From: Pseudomonadota bacterium
GTDB lineage: Bacteria > Pseudomonadota > Alphaproteobacteria > Rhodobacterales > Rhodobacteraceae
Reading direction: 5' to 3'
Assembly (NCBI GenBank): GCA_039030095.1
Contig: JBCCET010000004.1
Coordinates: 16,057-80,056, forward strand
DNA length: 64,000 nucleotides
Shown piece after piece: positions 56,441-64,000 of the stretch; within the stretch, counting starts at the first letter, position 1; each line of letters opens with the position of its first letter. Both the position numbers and the translations under genes were made by a program. The notes beneath the pieces are model-generated. The model was not told where the DNA came from. It did not search any database and worked only from the letters and a program-made list of their open reading frames with translations.

Positions 56441-56629
56441 TGCGGCCTCCGGCAAACTTCTTTGCCGCGCACTATCGCTGCGGGGCAGCAAAACGCAAGG
56501 GGAGGTGCGCGCAGCGACCCGATGGACGGTCCACCGGGTCAACTGCGCATAAGTGAGCTGGCCTCACCGCCCCCAGGCGAGACTGGCGCACGCAAACGCG
56601 CCGCCCAACAGGGGCGACGCGCATTCAGA

Positions 56630-59600
56630 TTATTTTTTCAGCATTTCCGCTTCGTGCGCTTTCAGCGTCAGGCGCGCGGCGGAGTAAGCTTCGCGAGCCG
56701 ACTTGCCTACCAGTTCCGGGAAGAGCTGGAAGATTTCGTCCCGCTGCTCTTTGCCGATACCTGCCATAGCCTGGTCACCTGGCTGGAAGCTTTCGGTCCA
56801 TGCGCCGTCTGACAGAACCACTTCGTGGTGGTCAAACATCATGTGCATGTAGGTGGCTTGGCTTGCCTCTACCCGGACGATCCCTTTGGACGGGTCGATC
56901 AGGTGTTTGGCAGCCACCAGAACCTCTGGCTCGTTGAACATCAGGCCAACATCGGCGTTGTGGACCAGCACGCGGTGTTGTGGGCTGACCAGCATGTCGC
57001 GTTCCGGCAGACCGTTGCCCAGCGCACCTTGCTGGATCAGGATTGGCTGCAGATGTGGGTTCGATTGCAGCTGCATACCGGACAGCGGCTTCGAGCCAAT
57101 CCAACGAACCTCTTGCGCACCGTTGTCGCGGGTGATGACCCGATCGCCGACTTGCAGATCCTCGACCTTACGCTCCCCTTGCATGGTCGCGATCATCGTA
57201 CCCGGTGTGAAACACGGGATCAGGTTCTCGATCTCGGTGTAGGTCATGGTCCCGATGACGTTGTCGTCGTCATCCAGGAATTCGATCGTACCCGAGGTGG
57301 AGTCGCCGTCCGCGTCCACGGTTTCGTTGACTTTGCGGAAACGTCCTACGCCAGTGAGGTCAAGCGTGTCGTTGTCGATACCATCAGTACCGCCGTCCAC
57401 ACTGTCGCCATCTGCATATTCTACAGAAGACCCGGTGTAGTCGAAGGTATCCGCATCGGCGCCGCCGAAGTACTCGTCCGCACCATGATCGTCGACAAAG
57501 GTGTCGGCCCCAGCGTCGCCGTGCAAGACGTCATCGTCGATGCCGCCGGTGATGCTGTCATCGTCAGCCCCGCCGAAGATCGTGTCGCTGTCGTCTTTGC
57601 CGTCGATGACATCGTTGCCAGCACCACCAAAGATGGTGTCGTCGCCGTTGTCAGGCCGCAGGTCGCCCTCATCGTCTTTGATGTTGAGCACGTCGAAGGC
57701 ATCTTCCAGACCACCGTAGATGGTGTCATCGCCGTCGCCACCTTCGATTTCGTCGTTACCTTCGCCACCGATGATGGTGTCGTTGCCGGTTCCGCCGTCG
57801 ATCGTGTCGTCGTCGAAGCCCGCGTCGATCACGTCGTCGCCTTGACCACCTTCGATGCTGTCGTCGTCATCGCCGGTTGTGATCGTGTCATTACCGCCGC
57901 CGCCGTAGACCGTATCAAGATCGTTGGTCGGATCATCGTCAGCCACATAGAGCCCTGGGTAATCCTGGTCCGGCTTGCCGGTAGGATCATTCGGGTTCAG
58001 CGAGATTGGGCCGGATGTATCAATTACATCGTTGCCATCACCGCCGTCAGCGGTGTCAGATCCGTCACCGCCATAGATGGTGTCGTCGCCGTTTTCGCCG
58101 CGCAGCAGGTCATCGCCTAGGCCCCCGACCAGCGTGTCTGCAGCGATGTCGCCGTTCAGCGAGTCATTGCCTTCGCCGCCGTCAAGGTAATCGCCGCCGC
58201 GGTTACCGCTGAGCGTGTCGTTGCCCGCGCCACCGAAGAGGCTGTCGTTGCCTTCGCCACCGAACAAGCGGTCGTCGTCGGCACCGCCGAAGAGCGTGTC
58301 ATCGCCATCACCGCCACCCATGGTGTCGTTGCCAGCATCGCCGTGAAGCGTGTCGTCACCATCATTGCCCATGATGTTGTCGTTGCCTTCGCCGCCGAAC
58401 ACTTCGTCGTTGCCAAGACCCGCGTTTACGCTGTCGTTGCCGTCGCCAGCTTTGATGCAGTCGTCGTCGCCATCGGCGCCGTCAATGGTGTCGCCTTGGG
58501 CGTCCACAAAGCCGATGCCCATAACGTCGTTGCCGGCCGTACCGTCAACGCACCCGTCAGGCAGAACGCGATCACCTTTGATCTCCTCAATTTCCGAGAA
58601 TTCCATGGTGCCGAGGATGTTGCCGTCCGCGTCCAGGAAGTTGATCGTGCCGGAGGTAGAGTCACCGTCTGGGTCAACCGTCTCGTTTACGACAGAGAAC
58701 GGACCCGCGCCGGTCAGGTCGAGGATGTCATAGTCGTCACCCTCCGTGCCGCCGTCAACAACGTCCCCGAAGGTACCGCCATTAATCACGTCGCGGTCTT
58801 TGCCACCAAAGATGGTGTCAGCGCCGTCACCGCCGGTCAGCATGTCGTTGCCGTCGCCACCTGTCAGGGTGTCGTCGTCACCTTCGCCGAACAGCATGTC
58901 GTTACCAGCACCACCGTCGAGCACGTCATTGCCGTCCTGGCCATGCATCCAGTCGTTGCCTTCGCCACCGAATGCGGTGTCGTTGCCAGCGCCCATCCAG
59001 ACTTCGTCGTTGCCGTCGCCGCCTTCTGCGTAATCTTCACCAGCACCGCCGATAAGGAAGTCACGCTCGGCACCACCAAACATGGAGTCGTTGCCGCCGC
59101 CGCCGTACAACCGGTCAGCACCGTCTTCGCCGTAAAGCGTGTCGTTGCCGTTGTTGCCGTTCAGCGTGTCGTTGCCGTTGCCGCCGAAGACTTCGTCGTT
59201 GCCTTGGCCTGCATCGACACTGTCATTGCCGTCACCGGCTTTGATGCAATCATCGTCCCCGTCAGCGCCATCGATTGTGTCACCCTGCAAATCCACAAAG
59301 CCAACGCCCATAACGTCGTTGCCGTCCGTGCCGTCAACGCAGCCGTCAGGTTCAACGCGATCACCTTTGATTTCTTCAATCTCGGTGAAGGTCATGGAAC
59401 CGGTGACGTTGCTATCCGCATCAAGGAATTCGATGGTGCCCGATGTGCTGTCGCCGTCTGGATCAACGGTTTCGTTGACCACCCGGAACGGGCCAGCACC
59501 GGTCAGGTCGAGGATGTCGTAGTCGTCGCCACCTGTTCCGCCATCAACCACGTCGCCGTCGTTGCCGCCGATTATCGTGTCGCGGTCATCGCCGCCCACA

Positions 59601-62509
59601 ACCATGTCTTTGCCTGCGCCGCCGATCAGAGTGTCGTCGCCAGCGCCGCCTTTGACCCGGTCGTCGCCGTCGCCGCCGTCAACATAGTCATTGCCCGCGT
59701 CGCCGTGCAGCCAGTCATAGCTGTCGCCACCCAGAACGGTGTCGTTGCCTTCACCACCCCAGATCTCATCATGGCCGCCGCGTCCTTCAAGAACGTCGTC
59801 GCCATCTTGGCCGCGGATAACATCGATGCTTTCACCGCCGATGACAGTGTCGTTGCCATCGCCCGCGTTGATGTCGTTGCGGCCGGTTGTGCCTTCGCCC
59901 GTGATGGTGTCGTTGCCATCCCCACCAAAGACGCTATCGCGACCGTTGCCGACGCTGATCGTGTCGTTGCCGTCACCACCTTCAAGCCGGTCATTGCCTT
60001 CGCCGCCGAATACTTCGTCGTCGCCGAGCCCCGCGTTCACGCTGTCGTTGCCGTCACCTGCTTTGATGCAGTCGTCGTCGCCGTCAGCGCCGTCGATTGT
60101 GTCACCCTGCGCATCAACAAAGCCGATGCCCATGGTGTCATTGCCGTCGGTGCCGTCAACGCAGCCATCTGGTTCAACGCGATCGCCTTTGATCTCTTCA
60201 ATCTCGGTGAAAGTCATGGAACCGGTAACGTTGAAGCTAGCGTCGAGGAACTCAATGGTGCCCGACGTGCTGTCGCCGTCCGGATCCACGGTTTCGTTGA
60301 CCACCCGGAAGGTGCCCGCGCCAGTTAGGTCCAGGATGTCGTAATCGTCGCCGTCTGTGCCGCCGTCGACCGCATCACCGTCATTACCGCCGATGATCGT
60401 ATCACGGTCAGCGCCGCCAAACACTGTGTCAGCGCCCGCACCTGCGTCGATGGTGTCATTGCCGTCGCCGCCTTCGATGTAATCGTCGCCAGCTGCGCCG
60501 TTGTCATCTTTGTAAAGCTTGTCGCCGTCGATGACGTCGTTGCCAGTGCCGCCGAAGATGGAGTCGTCGTCGGACCCACCAGACAGTGTGTCGTTACCTT
60601 CATCGCCGTGCACAATGTCTTTGCCGTGACCGCCGTAAGAGCTGTCGTCGCCAAGACCGCCAAACACGGTGTCGTTGTCGGCAGACGCCCAAAGGTTGTC
60701 GTTGCCTTCGCCGCCAAAGAGTGTGTCGTCGCCCCAGGAAGCTTCGACCATGTCGTCGCCAGTGCCGCCGAAGAAGGTGTCGTTGCCAGCATCCGCGCCG
60801 CCGAGGTTGTCGTTGCCCTCGCCGCCGTAGATTTCGTCGTTGCCCTGGTTGCCGAAGATGCGGTCGTCGCCCTCTTCGCCGTAAAGTTCGTCGTCACCCA
60901 AGCCGCCATCGATGCTGTCACCGGTGTCAACGCCAGGATGACCGGTTTCAATCACATCGTAGTAAACGTCAGAAAACCAGATGCCCGAGTTGTGGTCGCC
61001 TTCAGAGTGGTGGATTGTGATCTTGGCAATTGGTCCAGCAATCTCGACCAGGGCAGAGAAGTTAGGATCGTTCTCCGGGCCGTATTGGTTTTGAGCGCTG
61101 TCTGCGGTTTTGAAGCCACCAGCTACAGCTTGTAGTTTCCCGCCGAGCGAGAATGTCACAGGCACTTGGTTACCAGCTGCGTCATAAGCTTTGATGATGA
61201 CGTTGGCTGAACCGTCGGCGTCGTTCACACGGAAATCGAGGTTGTTGACCTCTTTGTCGAATGTCATCTCGTAAGATGTGGAACCGTTGTGCACATCGCT
61301 CAGATCAGACAGGAAACCGCTGTCGTCATCGATGGTCTCTGTACCGTCGTCGATGCCTGTAACCAGTTGATCACTGTCAGAAAATTCGTGGTCGATCTTG
61401 TTGCTGGATTCGGAAGTTACCTTGAAGTTGACGTTAACCTTGCCAGTGTCCTGGGTGACGTTTTCAACCTTGTCACCGTCGTCAATTCCGCCGCTGCCGT
61501 TCGGATCAGGCAGTTTGTCCCATTCAAAGCTTTCACGGGTTGTGGTGGTGCCACCGGCACCCGGTTCCAGCCCGCCGTAGACGACGTCATCGCCGTCGCC
61601 GCCTTTGATAGTGTCGCTATCTGCACCGCCGTAAACGGTGTCATCGCCGTCGCCAGCGTGGATGTTGTCGTCACCCTTGTAGCCTTTGATGACGTCATCG
61701 TCGCCATCAGCGCCATCAATGGTGTCATTGTCTGCGTCAACAAAGCCAACACCCATGGTGTCATTGCCATCGGTGCCGTCAACGCAGTCATCATCGTCTG
61801 CTGCATGGCCAAGGTCGTAGATCTGCACATCGTCGATCTGACCATCGAAAAATTCGTTCAAGTGATTTGCGGTGTTGTCGTCGCTTACCTTTTGGGACGC
61901 GCCAATTGTCCATGGCTCGTTGAAGTTGGGACCCATGTCGATGGTCAGCGGCTCTGCGATATCTTCGTCGTAAACGTGACCGGTGGTGTTGTTCACCACG
62001 TAAAAGCGACCATCCACACCATCTTCGTCCCAGATGTAGGTGACCGATACGTCATCACCAGGGCTGAAGAAATGTTTCGGCGTTTCAAAGTGGAAACTTT
62101 GATTATCGGTTTGGTGACGAACGGTGACCTCACCGTGTTTTGTCACTTGGATTGTCAGGTGCCCGCCATCATCGTAGTTGCTTGAATCCCGCGAAATCAG
62201 AGTGTCCGGGGAGCTTCCAACGTGGTGGTCTTGAGAGAAGTCGAGGCTGAGCGCGCCTTTGCCAATCTGGAAGTTGTCATCCGCTGCAATCAGAACCGCG
62301 TCGTTTTCACCGTCAAGGTCCAGCTCGTTTGTCGCGTTCAGCGTGTTGGCAGATCCGATGTTCGTGCCTGTCTGCGCTACGCCGTCGTTGGCGGTCGCAG
62401 TGTCTTGGAACGTCCGGTCGGCAATTGGGTGCTGACCTTGGTTGTTGTCGTTAAACAGATACTGGGCAATGAGATTGTTCTGATCCAGGATCGGGGCTGG
62501 GTTAGCCAT
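56630..62509 (-). CDS. giant secreted LamG - RTX (hemolysin-type Ca-binding) - Hint (bacterial intein-like) domain protein
   Basis: The track ORF starts at GTG 62521. The ATG at 62509 is preceded by GGAG at 6 nt, giving 1,959 aa. There are dozens of GGxGxDxUx nonapeptides. The N-terminus looks like a LamG-type jelly-roll ('...EFFDGQIDDVQIYD'). The C-terminus carries 'IPCFTPGTMIATMQGERKVEDLQVGDRVITRDNG...SPQHRVLV', a Hint module. Confidence 0.9.
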   Translation of the reverse strand: MANPAPILDQNNLIAQYLFNDNNQGQHPIADRTFQDTATANDGVAQTGTNIGSANTLNATNELDLDGENDAVLIAADDNFQIGKGALSLDFSQDHHVGSSPDTLISRDSSNYDDGGHLTIQVTKHGEVTVRHQTDNQSFHFETPKHFFSPGDDVSVTYIWDEDGVDGRFYVVNNTTGHVYDEDIAEPLTIDMGPNFNEPWTIGASQKVSDDNTANHLNEFFDGQIDDVQIYDLGHAADDDDCVDGTDGNDTMGVGFVDADNDTIDGADGDDDVIKGYKGDDNIHAGDGDDTVYGGADSDTIKGGDGDDVVYGGLEPGAGGTTTTRESFEWDKLPDPNGSGGIDDGDKVENVTQDTGKVNVNFKVTSESSNKIDHEFSDSDQLVTGIDDGTETIDDDSGFLSDLSDVHNGSTSYEMTFDKEVNNLDFRVNDADGSANVIIKAYDAAGNQVPVTFSLGGKLQAVAGGFKTADSAQNQYGPENDPNFSALVEIAGPIAKITIHHSEGDHNSGIWFSDVYYDVIETGHPGVDTGDSIDGGLGDDELYGEEGDDRIFGNQGNDEIYGGEGNDNLGGADAGNDTFFGGTGDDMVEASWGDDTLFGGEGNDNLWASADNDTVFGGLGDDSSYGGHGKDIVHGDEGNDTLSGGSDDDSIFGGTGNDVIDGDKLYKDDNGAAGDDYIEGGDGNDTIDAGAGADTVFGGADRDTIIGGNDGDAVDGGTDGDDYDILDLTGAGTFRVVNETVDPDGDSTSGTIEFLDASFNVTGSMTFTEIEEIKGDRVEPDGCVDGTDGNDTMGIGFVDAQGDTIDGADGDDDCIKAGDGNDSVNAGLGDDEVFGGEGNDRLEGGDGNDTISVGNGRDSVFGGDGNDTITGEGTTGRNDINAGDGNDTVIGGESIDVIRGQDGDDVLEGRGGHDEIWGGEGNDTVLGGDSYDWLHGDAGNDYVDGGDGDDRVKGGAGDDTLIGGAGKDMVVGGDDRDTIIGGNDGDVVDGGTGGDDYDILDLTGAGPFRVVNETVDPDGDSTSGTIEFLDADSNVTGSMTFTEIEEIKGDRVEPDGCVDGTDGNDVMGVGFVDLQGDTIDGADGDDDCIKAGDGNDSVDAGQGNDEVFGGNGNDTLNGNNGNDTLYGEDGADRLYGGGGNDSMFGGAERDFLIGGAGEDYAEGGDGNDEVWMGAGNDTAFGGEGNDWMHGQDGNDVLDGGAGNDMLFGEGDDDTLTGGDGNDMLTGGDGADTIFGGKDRDVINGGTFGDVVDGGTEGDDYDILDLTGAGPFSVVNETVDPDGDSTSGTINFLDADGNILGTMEFSEIEEIKGDRVLPDGCVDGTAGNDVMGIGFVDAQGDTIDGADGDDDCIKAGDGNDSVNAGLGNDEVFGGEGNDNIMGNDGDDTLHGDAGNDTMGGGDGDDTLFGGADDDRLFGGEGNDSLFGGAGNDTLSGNRGGDYLDGGEGNDSLNGDIAADTLVGGLGDDLLRGENGDDTIYGGDGSDTADGGDGNDVIDTSGPISLNPNDPTGKPDQDYPGLYVADDDPTNDLDTVYGGGGNDTITTGDDDDSIEGGQGDDVIDAGFDDDTIDGGTGNDTIIGGEGNDEIEGGDGDDTIYGGLEDAFDVLNIKDDEGDLRPDNGDDTIFGGAGNDVIDGKDDSDTIFGGADDDSITGGIDDDVLHGDAGADTFVDDHGADEYFGGADADTFDYTGSSVEYADGDSVDGGTDGIDNDTLDLTGVGRFRKVNETVDADGDSTSGTIEFLDDDDNVIGTMTYTEIENLIPCFTPGTMIATMQGERKVEDLQVGDRVITRDNGAQEVRWIGSKPLSGMQLQSNPHLQPILIQQGALGNGLPERDMLVSPQHRVLVHNADVGLMFNEPEVLVAAKHLIDPSKGIVRVEASQATYMHMMFDHHEVVLSDGAWTESFQPGDQAMAGIGKEQRDEIFQLFPELVGKSAREAYSAARLTLKAHEAEMLKK
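56777..57214 (-). other. Hint / bacterial intein-like (BIL) domain of the giant protein
   Basis: The first residue, Cys, is encoded at 57212-57214 (TGT on the minus strand). The 'CFTPGT' block A and 'SPQH' (TxxH-like) block B are present. No C-terminal HN plus nucleophile as in true inteins. Confidence 0.7.
58391..60415 (-). repeat. three tandem coding super-modules (periods 822 and 789 nt) inside the giant gene
   Basis: Conserved ~138-aa blocks lie at track-ORF aa 703-840, 977-1114 and 1240-1377 ('DYDILDLTGAG.F.VVNETVDPDGDSTSGTI.FLD...EIEEIKGDRV.PDGCVDGT.GND.MG.GFVD.QGDTIDGADGDDDCIKAGDGNDSV'). A fourth, partial copy (aa 1706-1768) abuts the Hint Cys. Confidence 0.85.
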
Positions 62510-62840
62510 GATGATCTCCACTCGTTAACATGCCGGTGACGCCCGGCAAGGCGCACGCGGGAAAGCTGATGATGCGGGTACGAAAGATGCGAGCAAGCAA
62601 GACGACCCTCACCCTAGGTCCACCACGGCGCGTTCAAAAACAAGCATTTTCTGCAAATTTCCGCCGAATTAACGCTGTTTTTGAACAATTTCGCCAAAAA
62701 ATTCCTTTTTTGCAGAAACACTCAACCACAGGGTTCGGCTTTGTTTCGGCAACGAACACAATGCCACGATTTTGCCATCATTCGAAAGGCGAGCTTTTCT
62801 GTTCTTTTGGTCAGATTCGACGCCGATTTTGCAATCGATG

Positions 62841-64000
62841 TTATTCTGCGGCCCGCGAAACAGGTGACTTTTCGGGCAAATTCAGCCGAAAAACCGCGCC
62901 TTCTGCGCCGCCGACATAGCGCAAACTTCCACCTAGATTGCGCATGATTTCGCGGCTGATCGGCAAGCCGAGCCCGGCAGATCCCGCGTCCTGTTGACTG
63001 GCCAAACGGGAGAATTTTTCAAAGATCAGATCCACTTCCTCAGCCTGGATTCCGCTGCCGTTGTCTGCCACGTCCAACTCCACTTCCCCGTCCGCGCTTC
63101 GGACAGAAATATTTATCTCTGGGCGTTCAGCACCACCATGTTTCAGCGCGTTCGCGATCAGGTTGATCAGCACCTGCGCCAGGCGGTCCGCGTCTGTGAT
63201 TAAAGAGATGTCTTCAGCTGACTTGTCACGTTTGATGACCGCGCCACGCTCGTCGGCCAGGGCTTTGGTCGTTGAAACGGCCCTATCCACCACGTCTTTT
63301 AAGCGCGTGGCGCGCAGATCCAGCTGAACACGCCCGTTTTCCATAAAGCTGAGGTCCAGAATATCATCGAGCAATCGCGTCAGGCGGATGCTCTCATCAT
63401 GAATAACCCCGGCGAAATGATTGAGTTGCGCGGACTCCAACTGCTTGCCGTCCCGCAGGATCTCAGCAAACGCACGGATGGATGTCATGGGCGTGCGCAA
63501 CTCATGGCTCACCTGACTTAGAAAACTGTCCTTTTGCGCGCTCAGCACGGTCAGTTTGGCGTTTGCAGCGCGCAGTTCTTCGGCAGTGTTGGCCAGTTCC
63601 TGGGACTGGGTTTCCAGCCGGCTGGAATATTCCATGATCTGTGCGGTTTCGTCCGCCACCGCGATCATGTCTTCGAAACTAACGTGTGCGCCGCCAGTGG
63701 CCTGCGCCATCATCGCGTGGGCGGTGGCCGCGCCCACAGTACCGGCAAGCCGCCGTTCAAGCAGTTGCAAAAATTCGTCTGTAGGTTCCGGCAGACCCAG
63801 ACGTCCTTGATCAGCGGCGGTTTGGTTGAACAGCGCCACGCCTTCATCGCGGCCCAGAATGCGTTGCGCCAGCACCATCAAGTCATCAACCGGCGTGTCG
63901 CGCCGCAGACCGGGGCGCGCGGAAATGCGCCCGAAGACGTTCAGGAATTGCGCCGATTGAAAACGCTCCATGGGGCTGGGGATCGTGAACAGAGAGACCA
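62841..64000 (-). CDS. sensor histidine kinase (N-terminus beyond the right edge of the window)
   Basis: 'SFLSQVSHELRTPMTSI' H-box. 'LINLIANALKHG', 'DNGSGI' and 'GLGLPISREI' are the N, G1 and G2 boxes. The frame stays open upstream of the ATG at 63971 to position 64000. Confidence 0.85.
   Translation of the reverse strand, partial: VSLFTIPSPMERFQSAQFLNVFGRISARPGLRRDTPVDDLMVLAQRILGRDEGVALFNQTAADQGRLGLPEPTDEFLQLLERRLAGTVGAATAHAMMAQATGGAHVSFEDMIAVADETAQIMEYSSRLETQSQELANTAEELRAANAKLTVLSAQKDSFLSQVSHELRTPMTSIRAFAEILRDGKQLESAQLNHFAGVIHDESIRLTRLLDDILDLSFMENGRVQLDLRATRLKDVVDRAVSTTKALADERGAVIKRDKSAEDISLITDADRLAQVLINLIANALKHGGAERPEINISVRSADGEVELDVADNGSGIQAEEVDLIFEKFSRLASQQDAGSAGLGLPISREIMRNLGGSLRYVGGAEGAVFRLNLPEKSPVSRAAE

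Noticed and set aside
57200-61000. Periodic short repeats that could superficially suggest a CRISPR-like or satellite array.
   Set aside because: The repeats are 27-nt-periodic coding nonapeptides plus ~800-nt protein super-modules inside one open reading frame. There are no invariant direct repeats with unique spacers, no leader and no cas genes.
56825-62185. Very long plus-strand ORFs (56825-58120, 431 aa; 58343-60328, 661 aa; 61289-62185, 298 aa and others) opposite the giant RTX gene.
   Set aside because: They are mirror images of the GGxGxD codon periodicity (GAC/GGC/GCC read as GTC/GCC/GGC). They are Val/Ala/Asp low-complexity with no recognisable domains or RBS. The minus-strand frame carries LamG, RTX and Hint signatures over its whole length.
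62668-62686. Possible CtrA box (TTAA-N7-TTAA) in the giant-gene leader: TTAACGCTGTTTTTGAAC.
   Set aside because: Only one TTAA half-site is present. The second half is TTTG, so it does not meet the consensus.
1-64000. Search of the larger intergenic regions for tRNA, rRNA, tmRNA, integrase, transposase or prophage genes that could delimit a mobile element.
   Set aside because: No cloverleaf-compatible sequence (no GGTTCGAATCC-type T-arm) turned up in the larger intergenic regions I read. No recombinase-like ORF occurs in any frame. The only mobility hints are the ettA/dnaE2 scar and the hairpin repeats.

Overview
This is a high-GC alphaproteobacterial chromosome segment. The gene content looks like marine Rhodobacteraceae, which is an inference from the protein families seen. 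I support about 55 protein-coding genes. I recognised no rRNA, tRNA, CRISPR array, transposase or integrase. Left to right: (1) a partial MBL hydrolase, an AhpD-like protein and a DUF1428 protein. (2) The homogentisate pathway (fahA, hmgA, a MarR regulator, maiA), interrupted by an AT-richer Lys/Ala-rich orphan. (3) coaBC-dut-moeB-like-MOSC. (4) An amine oxidase, enoyl-CoA hydratase, cupin and 2-hydroxyacid dehydrogenase. (5) An SH3-like protein and an MscS-family channel. (6) A small AT-richer islet with two orphans. (7) A polyol locus (smoEFGK-smoS-mtlK-fructokinase) with a LacI regulator. (8) A ~985-aa SerC-like/2-hydroxyacid-dehydrogenase fusion. (9) An SDR plus a flavin monooxygenase broken by one in-frame TAG. 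(10) An ABC(FtsX)/AttH-like/PNPOx operon. (11) A TRAP transporter with a UPF0317 hydro-lyase and a LysR regulator. (12) An NMT1-type ABC importer with a GntR regulator. (13) An alpha/beta hydrolase and a flavoprotein. (14) A rearrangement scar: an ettA 3' remnant, an AT-rich 285-aa orphan, and a dnaE2 whose 3' end appears replaced. (15) ribF, a MaoC dehydratase and a HAD hydrolase. (16) A 1,959-aa LamG-RTX-Hint giant protein built from diverged super-modules. (17) A partial sensor kinase. The best candidates for something undescribed are the giant Hint-terminated RTX protein, the orphan gene inside the ettA/dnaE2 scar, and the aminotransferase-dehydrogenase fusion that shares a promoter motif with the polyol operon. 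All functional calls come from reading the translations by eye. No database search was run.
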